DNA from: Balanoglossus misakiensis
Taxonomy: Eukaryota > Animalia > Hemichordata
Direction: 5' to 3'
NCBI GenBank assembly: GCA_040954595.2
Contig: CM082591.2
Coordinates: 2,083,745-2,147,744 of the forward strand
Length of the DNA stretch: 64,000 nt
Of this stretch, positions 50,633 through 62,474 are shown one piece after another; within the stretch, counting starts at the first letter, position 1; the number at the start of each line of letters is the position of its first letter. The position numbers and the translations under genes were made by a program. The notes below the pieces were generated by a model. It made no database searches. It was not told the origin of the DNA and saw only the letters and a program-made list of their open reading frames with translations.

Positions 50633-53600
50633 ATGGCAGATAATCCTGAAACGTAAGTATGAATGAATTGTTTTAAGGACTTGAGTCCAAGCACTGTACA
50701 GATCAGAACTGAGTTTCCAACAAGGTCAGCGCTGGGCTAACCCAAGGCTGGCTAGGGTTAGCAAATTTAGCACCTCATTATCATGCTTAGCCTGATTTTT
50801 TACTAGTGAGTGTAAACTATGATGGGAGAGAGCATTATTCATAATGGTAATTTTGGGTTCAATTTTTCGCTTCATTTCTTGTGATAGAAAGTATTATGTA
50901 ACCTTTGTGTTGGTATGAGTGATATTTCATAGTTTAACGAAAGACAGAAGGTAACAGCTGTTAAAACGAGCTGACTCAAATTGAACCCTGTGGGCAAGAT
51001 ATTTCTTTTTGGCTGTGTGTGATTGAGTTATGCAAACAATTTGAACGTGAATTACACAATCCTTGAATTTTTTGTCTCTAACAGCAAACCAACGGAAACT
51101 GCGGTTGACATCGAAATCGGCGACAAGAACGAAGAATCCGTCGAGGAAATTGACGTTGAAGAAGGGGGAGGAACCAACCAGACTGGTTCCGGTGATGGTC
51201 CCCAAGTTGGTGAGTCCGAATTAGCTTCAATCCAGAATTTGACCAGCGGTAAGGGCTTCAAATTGCTACCTGGTATGTCTGAACTCGGCAAAACACACGT
51301 GACACGTAAATTAATATCACCTCCCCTCAAAAATATGAAATTGCAGTACAGTACGTCCTTAAAATTCATATTTATGTCACCTCAAACAGCAGTGATAAAT
51401 TGTTCACGTGTCTTTTGTATTGAGGTTCAGCCCAGGTAGCCAAAATCATACCATATCCACTTTCATATTCCTTTCCTCTCCTCTGTGCCTCAACTTTCAC
51501 CTTTGACCTTTGCTCAGCTCCCTCAAGCCCTCAGCTCCCTTACACCTTGGTTGAGTGACGCCATATTGGTTGGTTTGTTTGTTGCAGGTGATATTACATC
51601 TCAAGTGATGCAGAGCCCCCAAGTGTTGGCTGCATTGCAGGACAGATTGGATGGTTTAGTCGGCAAGGGCAGTGGTTACATTGACAGGTGAGAATTTCAT
51701 TTTGTGGATATGACTCGCATGAAGCTTGTATTTTGTCCAGTTCTTTGGTTCATAGGCCTAGTTTGTAAATTTATTATCTTAGTACAACTCGGCTGCAAAA
51801 GAAGAAAACTTGCATATGTCTGCATGTTTTTCAGCATAAATATTTCTTCACATATCTACATCTGTACTGTCTCCTTTGTTCCACAGTAGTAGTTTATTAC
51901 GGATGTATTTAAAAGCTCGGTTATCGAGGTAAATATAGAAAGGAAATTTAGATAATATGGTGTTTTAATCATCATCGGCATATTTTTAAAGGGTACAAGG
52001 TTTGCTATGAATAATTCATGTGGTAATTTGACGATTAACATCCAAAGATTGCTTGGATTAAATTTTGTAAACAGCTGACAGGGGCTACCAGGTCATGATT
52101 TATTGTCACCGCAGGTTTTGGCATCAGGAAAGCTTGCGTATTCAGAAATTCAACCGGCGCCATTGTCATATCTTGATTTGAGTATCATGTGTGCTAAGTT
52201 GTATATTTATCTTGAATGTCTAATAATCGAGGTGTCATTCCACGCCTAAATAAGAGTGCACTGTGCTAGCTAACGAACAGATACTTGTTATACGTATTTT
52301 ATAGCTAAATGTTTGTTCAGTTGTGTCAATCCTAGTTTGGTCTTCCTTGTAGTTTACCCAAGGTGGTGAAACGTCGCATCAAAGCCTTGAAGAACCTCCA
52401 GCTGAAGTACGCCAAGACGGAAGCGAAATTCTACGAAGAAGTTCATGAATTGGAATGCAAGTATGCGTCCCTCTACCAGTCACTTTACGAGAAGGTTAGT
52501 CAATTTTCACAAACCTGTTGGCCTGTTGGGTCAGTTCAGTTTGAGGAATTGCTTGTTCCAGATTTGAGATTTCAGTAGATAGATTGATAGATTTTATTTT
52601 CCGTTTGTCCAGAGGAAAGATGTTGTAACCGGTGCAATAGAGCCAACAGACTCTGACTGTGAGTGGGCAAGTAGTGAAGAGGAGGAAGATGAAGAAGACA
52701 AAGAATTGCTGGCTGTAAGTGAAATCAATGTGCGTTAAATGAATGAGTAAATGACTGTAGGTGTGACCTTACTGATTATGTCAATTCCAGTAAATGAAGT
52801 CAGTGTGTGATAAATGAACTGTCTGTTGTGTATTGACAGGATGAACTGAAGAAGAAGGTAACCATTGACGATAAGGAAAAAGAAGATGGCAAGGAGGAAG
52901 GTGAGTGTTTGTCTCCTTTCCATGTATTCCTCCACCCTTTCACCACTATGGTTCAGCCCAAACCCATTGTTTTCTATGGGAAGGTAGGACCTTTGAAGAG
53001 GGCAGTGGGGGTGAAAGGGTTAAAACCATCCCTCCACTCCACTGCTTTATGTCATAAGAATATGCGTATTTCTGTGGCCATTTTTCACAATTCAAATTCT
53101 GGGCATTGCCTACTGAATAATGATCACCACTTTTGACCCGGAGTTTTTTCTTTCCCGTTCCCAGAGAGTCCAAGCGGCATCCCGGAATTCTGGCTCACGA
53201 TTTTCAAGAATGTAGACATGTTGAGCGAGATGGTGCAAGAGCACGATGAACCAATACTGCGGCATTTAGAAGATATCCAAGTTAAATTCTCCGAGCCAGG
53301 ACAGACTATGGTGAGCAGCAAGTTCATACTGTTATTTAGTTTAATTTTTTACTGCTATTCCCGTAAATTTAACGGTTGTTGTCTTTTTTTTTCCAGGGCT
53401 TCACACTTGAGTATCACTTTTCTGCTAATGATTTCTTCAATAATAAAGTCTTAACTAAACACTACACAATGCGATCGGAGCCTGATGAAAGTGATCCGTT
53501 TAGTTTTGAAGGACCTGAAATTGTTAGTTGTACAGGGTGAGTCGTGTGTTTTATACAATCATTGAAAGACAGGCATGCCTTGTTTACCATATATAGAAAT

Positions 53601-55155
53601 ATGTAAATTAATTATGATTGTATACATCCAATAGAATTGTGTTTTTTTTATTACCAGATGTACAATAGACTGGAAGAAAGGAAAGAATGTCACAGTGAAA
53701 GTAATCAAGAAAAAACAAAAACACAAAGGCCGGGGGACGACCAGGACAGTTACTAAAACTGTACAGAATGATTCCTTCTTTAACTTCTTCAATCCTCCAC
53801 AAGTTCCAGATGAAGGCGAAATGGTAAGTTGTGGATAGAAACCGTTTCCACAGCTCCCTGCGTGTTCATGATTACAAAAACATGGCAATGGTAGTTATGT
53901 TGTATTCCTAATAAATATATCTTTTCAAACAGGATGAAGAGACAGAGGTAGTTTTAGCAGCTGACTTTGAAATTGGTCACTTCTTCAGAGAGAGAATTAT
54001 ACCCAAGGCCATCCTTTATTTCACTGGTGAAGCCATTGAAGACGATGATGAGGTTAGTAGTAACGTTATTTGCCATTTTTGCGTTGTTTTCACAATTTTA
54101 TTTTCAAAATTAGACATACATTTATCATACTGTTTGTAGTTTATTTTTCTTACAAGTTTTTCTCGTTTGTTTTATTCGCAGTATGAAGAAGAAGGGGAGG
54201 AAGAGGTAAATGTGAACAGAAAGGCTAGGGTAAAAACCAACTAGTAAAACGTAGTTGTATGCAAAACAAAAGAATGTTGCATGCAAACACCGCTTTTTGT
54301 CAAGAGAAAAAAAAATCACCGGGCTGCAGATAGAATATGAGCCCCAGCGTGGTTCAGTTTTCAGCACTGTACCTTACCTATCGGTGTAACTCCCTGCGTT
54401 TCCAGGTTTTGTATGTTGAATAACACCCTGTAATACAACCCTGCTTATAGCACTCAATATTAGCTGTCCAATACCTTCTCTTACTGTAAAACCAAGACCT
54501 GTATCATAATAAATATAAAAGTCCAGTTATTTAGTTGATTACTATGAAGCTATTATAGGCAAATAATACCCTGTGTTCAACACACCAGTAAAATAACACC
54601 CCAGCTGCCATGTGACTAACACCCTTCAAGTGGTATTTTACCCAAATAATACCCTGCACATTATTACCAATGTTAACACCATATGTTGTTATAGGTAAAT
54701 AATAACCTTTCCGGAGTATTTATATGGGTGTAGGCAGAATGTGACTGATTGGCTAATCAGAAGGGTAATTGTAATTGAAACTCCATGATCAGCCAATGAG
54801 AAAGGGTGTTATATGCTGCATTTGTTTGTCAACAGGATGCTGAGGGTGAAGAAGGAGATGAAGAAGATGAAAATGATCCTGATTATGATCCTAGTAAAGT
54901 AAGTCGTCATACAGTGTGTGTTTGATGTGATCCTGGTGAAATGAAGGCTTGTGGAGTGCTGGAAAGTTATGGAAAGCTAAGGCACTTCATCTGGAAAGTT
55001 AATAAACCACTCACAGATATAATCCTGGAAAGGCTCAGGGAAAATCCAGGAATTTTTAGTGAGTTTATTACGGTACTGGTGGCAAAAATGTAATTTTGGA
55101 TGTCTCTTTTTTTCACCAGGACGGACAAAAACCAGCTGAATGCAAGCAACAGTGA
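50633..55155 (+). CDS. NAP1L1: Nucleosome assembly protein 1-like (NAP1L1/NAP1L4 co-ortholog); coding exons 50633-50652, 51085-51209, 51588-51687, 52353-52494, 52613-52714, 52840-52900, 53165-53310, 53397-53536, 53658-53823, 53933-54052, 54182-54205, 54836-54898, 55120-55155
   Basis: Recognisable motifs QSPQVLAALQDRLDGLVG, LPKVVKRRIKALKNLQ, FYEEVHELECKY, GIPEFWLTIFKN, EHDEPIL, SFEGPEI, IDWKKGKNVT, SFFNFF and ADFEIGHF; acidic tail; C-terminal PAECKQQ (the CKQQ prenylation motif of NAP1L1). Confidence 0.95.
52935..53019. mobile_element. 85-bp piggyBac-like MITE, copy 2 (NAP1L intron)
   Basis: Perfect 10-bp TIR CCCTTTCACC / GGTGAAAGGG followed by TTAA; same length and internal sequence as 50439-50523. 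Confidence 0.8.
54419..54812. repeat. Intronic cluster of degenerate AATAACACCC/AATAATACCC motifs with one inverted copy
   Basis: Motif at ~54419, 54432, 54561, 54591, 54616, 54644 and 54697; reverse GGGTGTTAT at ~54804; inverted TGATTGGCT / AGCCAATGA at ~54746-54799. Confidence 0.6.
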
Positions 55156-56287
55156 AGCTAGCAAAATTATTTTGTCATTTCGTACCCCAAGATTTACACT
55201 TTGTTTTTCACAGCGTCATCCATGTCTGAACCAAGTCGTTTGCAATCCCAGCTGTGTGTAGCCACTCTTAGCTACAATAGTTACTATAGAAACGAAAGGG
55301 CGGATTATTTTTTTGCCCTTTAGAGAGACAAATCTTTACAAAGTGAACATTGAGACCATTTTGTGTGTGTCTGTGTGTCATTACTGTCTCTGCGTAATGT
55401 CACCATTTACAAACTACTTAAATTTTGTGTATCTAACAACCTCAAGCAGAACGGAACCTAAATGGGCAGGGCTGTATTAGCTTCGTGACAGAAGTTTCCA
55501 TTGAGATGTTTGGGGGGAACCCTTTTAAAGGCCAGCAATCATCTTATGTGGTGACGTAATTTGTACAAGTTAGCCTCTTTCCTGAACTTGATACCAAAAT
55601 TTTGCTCTTGAAAGCTGTGTCGAAAATGTATATAAAAACAGCAATGCACTTCACTACTTCTGAATAGTTGGTTTCTGTCACCGAAGGCACTCTATTGAAT
55701 TCACTTCAACCCGTTTGTCCACAAATTTGTTAAAAGCTCCACACACACCATTCCTCAGTCTAAACTGACCCGTGCATCCATCCAAAAGGTGAATTTTGCA
55801 CTGCCATTCATAACATCCCGTGTTTTCGTAAATAAATCGCATGTATTCTCAGAGTTGTGGAGTATATACAGTGTTCCCAGTATTCAACAAGTTGCTGTTT
55901 TTATGTTTGACAGATAATAATGCTTGCCAGTGTTCATAGCAACTTGCCGTGCGTGCAGTTTTTCCGTAATCACTTGATGAAAATCCCATGTTACTGTAAC
56001 AAAATGCGTTTTCAGGAGTTTGTAAACCCATTTTTATGAACGATCCAGACTTCATTGTAGCTATTTTTGTACTTTATTCAAATTTGAGCCAATTGAATAC
56101 AAAACATACTTTGTCTATTTATTTGTACTTAATTTTATTTCTGATGTATTTTGGGGGACTGGTTCAATTTTTGCTTGTAATTTCAGTGCTTTGTAGAAAT
56201 TATGCTCAATGTAATTTTCAGAATTCTGCACAAAGTTGTAAACTGTCAGATGTTATAATCCTCTGAATGCATGCAGTCACAAGTACT

Positions 56288-56417
56288 ATCCAATCAGGTT
56301 AGCTTTTACAGAATGTAATCCAATCAGAATCTGTGGTTTTTATCCAAGTGTCTGATAGGCTGTGTGGCAGAGATCCATCCAATCAGATTGGCTCTTTCCT
56401 GATATTTATCCAATCAG
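56288..56417. repeat. Degenerate ~30-bp tandem repeat with ATCCAATCAG core
   Basis: Core at 56288, 56318, 56377 and 56408 (spacings 30, 59, 31), with a decayed copy near 56342. Confidence 0.7.
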
Positions 56418-57867
56418 GTTTGATCTTAGCAATTTTCAAGGTGGATTCTTTAGCATTTTGAAGAATTCACCTGTTTGCCTGTAAGGGAAATAAACAGTAA
56501 GAATGATTATAAATATTGAGTAAGATTTGCAGAGATTTTTATGACTTGGATGTAGATGAGCTGATGCACAATTAAGGTTCAGTTTTGCTTGACGATATTG
56601 GACATTTTTCAGAAACCTTGATAGCATGGAGTAAATTTAATAAAGCACGTAGTGCAGAAACCAAAATATTATGTAGAGACAACCAGATTTTTACTTGTAT
56701 TATGTTACTGTGAATCTGTGCTAATGATGTAGTTGATCCCCGCCCCCCTAGGCCCTCTCCCCTCCCCTCCCCTGACCTCCAATGCGTGGAAAACCTCCGG
56801 CCATGTTTTGCATAAAACGAAGGGTTCAGCAGTGTCGATAGAGGGCGCACACTGACGTCATCAATTTTTCAACATGGCCGCGTGCATGTGGGGTGGCGTG
56901 TCGTCTGCTGTGCCAACAGTTTGAAGTTTCTGCTATATTCCCTGTAAGACACTGAGAAACGAGCCTATGGAACAGACGTCTTTTTATGCAACGCTTCTGG
57001 ATGAACAGCCAACAAGGACAAACAGAAGAACGTGTGTGCGCTGGAGAAATTGTTTGGTCCATGGATGTGCACGGTAGGTACTACAACTTTCGCATTTTCC
57101 CCTCACAATGTACATGACCCCGAGTGTGTTAGCACCTGTAAAATTTGGGGATATGTCATTGGCTGTAAGGAAACTAGTGTGTGCCTCCTGGTTGGTTGAG
57201 CTGTAGAAACTTGCTCTGCAGATGTGACGAGGGCGTGGCATGAGGGGTCGAGGGGTCACCGCCACGCCCACTTTCTACACCAGGTGGTGTTTACACGATG
57301 CCGTGGTCGGACATTTGAACCACTCAGCGTCGTGCGCACTATGCACTATTGCGCTCCAGAATACACACCGCCGGCCCAAATGACTAGGTGTTTCTGATAT
57401 TTAACAGCCAAGCAAATGAGTTTTGCGAGAACTACAGCAATTCGTATCGTATATTCTTGAAAAACGCGTAGTTTTACAAGTAACATCTTGTAGTCATGTG
57501 AACGTTGAAAATGTATAAAGAGCGCCCCCAACGGTTATATTTCAGTGTACTTTCAGCAAAGCCATGTGTCAAGTTTGACATTTATGTGAAGTGAGGGCAG
57601 TCACACACACAGGAAATTCAGGGAGATGTGTCAGTATCACACAGACCAAGAGCAACATACAGACACAATCATCAAGGTTATTAAAAACACAGTCACCTTT
57701 TTCAATACGCTTTATTACATTTTGTCTACACTTCGGTACCACCCTGCAAAGTTCTTTTAAATCTCTGTCACTACATTTCATGTACTGCACACGTACACTA
57801 CCTACGTTTTTGCCTCTTGCAATTCAAACAATTCTATGTTACTTTCTCAACACCTGCCATTTTCATG

Positions 57868-57993
57868 TCTAGTACCTTCAAGCAGTCATGAATTTGAGCT
57901 CAAAGTGAGGCTGAATGGGAAAACCCATTGATGTGATTGGTCAACTTTCCCCATTGGCCTCACTTTGAGTTCAAATTCGGCTGCGTGGCTAGA
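57868..57993. mobile_element. Palindromic MITE-like element
   Basis: Inverted arms of ~32 bp (GAATTTGAGCTCAAAGTGAGGCTGAATGGGAAA / TTTCCCCATTGGCCTCACTTTGAGTTCAAATTC) with outer TCTAG / CTAGA. Confidence 0.7.
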
Positions 57994-60208
57994 CTGATGA
58001 AAAGGATGTACATGTATTGAGTAAAATACACCTCACACAATTATACACTTGTAAAATCGCATTATGCTGATCCGAAACAAGGCAACCAATACAGCTCTCT
58101 GGATTGGTCAATAAATAGACTAACTATGCAGTTGCACTCTCCTTTAAACCAATCAAAATATGTTTTGCATCGGATTGAAGATTGTCTCGGCTGTCGAAAT
58201 ATGTTGAAGGGATGGGATAATATTATATATTATATAAAGACTACAACGTGTTTCTGTTGACAATCATGGCACTTCTAAGAATGATGTCTTGTCGTAGACA
58301 AGTTTTCTCGTGGTCCTACAAATACACAAACCTCAGAGCACCAATTTTATACTTTGAATTCGTTTTTATGTACACCAGGCAAAGAAACAAAAGTGAGACA
58401 AAAGTAGACCAAACTTTCTTCCACTATCAACTTTTAGTTTTGAATAAGGGCAGGTCAAATTGGGCCGATTTTTTGCACACAAGATGATTGATAATTTCAT
58501 CTCCACATGCAGCATGAAGTGTGTTGCAAGATGACTCACATATCACATCAGCATCCAAGAAAGCCAGTGAAACCAATTATTTGTGATCACAAACAGAGAA
58601 AAAATATGCAAATAAATACACAACCCCCTTTCTGAGAAAAATTAAACATATGGCACTATCATATTTTATCTTCTTACTAATTCTTGTGCAACTCAAAATA
58701 TCACATTATAAATTTGGGGCCTAGGTGTTGAAAGTCAAACAGACAAACTTAATAATTATACCTCATAATGTATTTTTACAGCCAAATGTACAGAAATTAA
58801 AAAATAACACATCTAGACAACATGAATAAACTCTAATGATAGTTTACAATACAATCTCTGATGACCATTAACCTTAGCATCTGCTCCACAAACTTTACAA
58901 TTGTTTGAAACTAAAACAAGATAAAGTCTCCACCATGGCAGCCATTTTGAATTCCTGTTTCCTTTGAAATAATGAAATAAATAGAAACAGGTTAAACTCT
59001 TTAGTATTACGAGTCAAATGACAAGCCTTGAAAACAGGGGTGTCTAATTAAAATTTGGTGTCCTACATGTAAAAGGTGTGAAATTATTTCTTGCACAAAA
59101 ATACTAGGGCATATTTGACACACTGAATTACCAGCACGCTAAATTCTAACTGGATGTTCTAGGTTTATACACTAAGTACATTACGCTTTATCTTCGCTGT
59201 GTTGCATATATCATTCAATTCTTATATAACATGTCATGTACCCAATTCGGCAAAGGTGTAGAATCACCTATATTGAAATCAGTCTAACCACAAGTTGCCA
59301 TGGAAAGTTGAAACTAGCCAATCACAGAGTTTGACTTGAGTGGCTATGCGAAATCATTATTTTAAAACAACAATTTTGATTGGCTGCTGGTGACCTGCAA
59401 CAAATCACGGGCTCCATCCACCAATAGGAAAAGACAACAGCAGCAGAGTGATAAATGACAAATGAAAGTTTTACATTTCTGATACAGATTTGTTTGAAAA
59501 CTCAAGCACAGAATTCAACAAAGCGAACACCCTCATTTGAATGTTGAGAAACGTCACCTTTCCAACATCTGGAGAAATGTCGTACTATAATAACAAAGAA
59601 CTTATTTCAGCAAAAATGCAGCTATATTGACTTATAAACTATAATACCAAATGAAAACATTCCATCCACACAACTAACTCAACTCAAAACTCGCTCGCTC
59701 TGGATTTGAGTTGACAACCACTGAAATAAAACTGTGCGCGTTTAACAATACATTTACAGAATAAAATAATTTGAAAAATAAAACAAGCGTCTTGAAATAC
59801 CCTCAAGTGTCTGCACAAAGCTAATAGATATGTCCTTTAAAACATTCCTATAGTTGATAAGTTTTGAAAGTCAAGTGACACCGTTATTATGTTCATGATT
59901 TGGAAAGTGTAATCTGTAATCAAGTAAGGAATAGTTCCACGTGTTCTATGCCGAGATGTACCTGTGTACATATGCACTATGTACCATCTAACGCTATTGT
60001 TTTAAGAGTAGCACAATCCGTAAATTGCTTTCTGAAATGGCAGTTTTTAATCAAGTTTATCTATGCAGTTTCCTTGCTGAATCGAGGTCATTTTCCGCTT
60101 TCCAAAGTGAAGGAGACGCCATCCGTTGATTTGAAATCATTCCGCCATGCTGGATTTGAGACTGTTCCACGTTTCAGGTGCTTCGGCTGCATTGTGATGT
60201 TCACCCTG

Positions 60209-60333
60209 CCATATTGGATTTGAAATCACTCCTCCATGTTGGATTTGAAATCAGTCAGCCATGTTGGATTCGAAAACGGCCCGCCATATTGAATTTGGAA
60301 TCAGTCCATCACATTGGAAGTGTAACCGTCCTG
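60209..60333. repeat. 25-bp minisatellite, 5 copies (CCATRTTGGATTTGAAATCAGTCNG), in the MOB2 3' region
   Basis: Five consecutive 25-nt units, plus related copies at ~60125-60165. Confidence 0.85.
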
Positions 60334-60444
60334 CTAGATTGAATTTTTCGATTGTCCTCAAGAAAGCATTGCATTTATAGTCTGTGTTTTTTTTGTTTGG
60401 TTTAATAATCATCATTGCATTATCAGTACAGAATGCTTCCGAGT

Positions 60445-62474
60445 CTACCTAGCGGTCGTGGCATTCGCAGTCTGTGATACGTCCTTGGAGCGCGAGCGGT
60501 GCTTCTCATCATTGAGTCCCAGGACTTCGATGAGATCGTCCAGCACCGCGCACTCTTTGCTCTCGATCACGTTGAACTCCCGCGAGAAGTAAATAAAGTG
60601 GGCAAACAAACAGTTGAGATGTGAGCTCATGTCCAACATGACCATCTGTTCAAAGTGTGCGTGGTAAATGTGAGCGAGTACGTGGAACAACAGCCGGAAT
60701 ATCCTCTGCACGATGACGTCATAGTCCTGCGGGAAGACATGGCCTGCAGGGAAGAAATATGAAACAATTTTTATTTCCTGGAAATTCTTATTCTGAATCA
60801 AGCTGACTGTAGTTCCAAGTTTCCAGATTTGGCAGAACTTCGCATAAAGAGTTTCACACATACACATACTCACACACACACACACACACACACACACGTA
60901 TATACAGATTCACCCACTAAAAACGCCTCATATAAGTTCCCAAGTCTAGTGACACACACACACTCACCATATTTGGTTGGGAAGACATGCTCCTCGTTCA
61001 TAAGTTTTTGTACCGATGACATGACATAGTCCACATATTGTGCGGCAGTACATTTCATCTTTTTACCTTTCTCATCAAGCCATGTGTAAACACTGCAAAA
61101 AAAGAACACATTTACACCGATTATCGAAATCCTAGAAACAATTTTGGGGTAACTAATTATCATTTCCTGGAGTTCTGTCACAATTCTGAAGTCTTATGTC
61201 ATTCTAGATTTATATTTTGACGTTGCAGCTTTAATTTCAACTGATAGGTTAGTGGGAAGTTGTCAAACAAGCTAGTTTCCGGAGAAATAATTCCATTACT
61301 CTGGTCTCTAGATACGACTGATTATGTATGTGCTATAGTTCACAGTTTCCTGCAAAATATCAGTTCCTGTAATAGATCTCTCACTTCGTCCTAAATAACG
61401 TGAACAGTTTCTAATGGAGTTCATATTAAGGATGTCAATACACACACCAAAGAATATCGAAATTCAATTCTATGACTTCCTGAGAATGCACACAGCATTA
61501 AGAGCTACGAAAGGTGGCAACGACCTCTGACCCTTGACCCCAAAGACACAGAAATACAGCAACATGAAATAGACACTTACGTAGAATTAGGTGCTGTCAT
61601 CATAGTGCAATGTGACGACGTACAGAACTCTGATATACAGCCATACTGCAAATTTATGTTATTAAAAAATGCTATCGCTGCAAAAAATAAACAAGATTGA
61701 CACAAATTACTTTAATTTTAAGTTTTCGCAAGAACTTTAGCAGGCATCGATGCACATGCATGGTAAAACGTAAAACCTATGGAGTGTATCGTTCATAAGA
61801 TCTCATCCTTCGGGATACTAAACTGAAATTGCGCCCTATTTAATTACTCATTTCATTTCTTATTCATGAAGCAGAATTCATTACAATGAGTGGATTGATT
61901 ATCACAAGAAGTAGTCTAATATTTAAGCAATAAAACACCCCCAGCCATGGTATAGCACGAGATTTTGACCAGTTCACGACATATACGCACGAGCGATAGC
62001 GAGTGCGTATATGGAGTTGAACTGGTCAAAATCGAGTGGTATACCATGGCTCGGGGTGTTTTATTGCTATTATATTATGCCAGTATATTGAAACTTTGCA
62101 TAAAACATTTTAAAAAGGCATTTTCTTTGACTATGATATATGACTGTGGTATATGGCTAATATATCACGGTCACGTGTCGTGTCTCGACCAATCAAATAG
62201 TGTGATTTACACCATCAATATACTGGTATGATATAATTATTATTGTAACATTGCAAGCCTGATAACGTCTGGACACTTACCAGACATTGCGAACAAGAAG
62301 ATCATATCTAGACACTTACCAAATGTGGCAAGCCACTCATTAAGTTCAATCCCATCGGGTAAATGGACAGCCTCAGTAAAATCCAAATGCATTATTTTGG
62401 CACTGGTATATTTCGCATCTAAGTACAACTTCTTTTCTTCCACTGGTGGTTTCTTTTCCTTCCTACCCGCCTTC
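60445..62474 (-). CDS. MOB2: MOB kinase activator 2 (exons 62474-62320, 61677-61581, 61092-60968, 60743-60445; first coding exon not located)
   Basis: KKPPVEEKKLYL, LPDGIELNEWLA, FFNNINLQYGCISEFCT, WLDEKGKKMKCTAAQYVDYVMSSVQKL, FPTKYG and FRLLFHVLAHIYHAHF match the MOB2 subfamily; splice sites are canonical. Confidence 0.95.
61926..62237. mobile_element. Composite non-autonomous element: 143-bp hairpin followed by a segment bounded by 23-bp inverted repeats
   Basis: Arms 61926-61990 and 62003-62068 are near-perfectly complementary around the loop GAGCGATAGCGA. A second inverted pair lies at 62069-62091 and 62215-62237. Confidence 0.75.

Noticed and set aside
51518-51587. Alternative upstream acceptor in NAP1L after a long pyrimidine tract
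   Set aside because: 70 nt from the main acceptor, so it shifts the frame and meets a stop; no support for a cassette exon.
60209-60333. CRISPR-like array
   Set aside because: Contiguous tandem units with no unique spacers, in a eukaryotic context with no cas genes.
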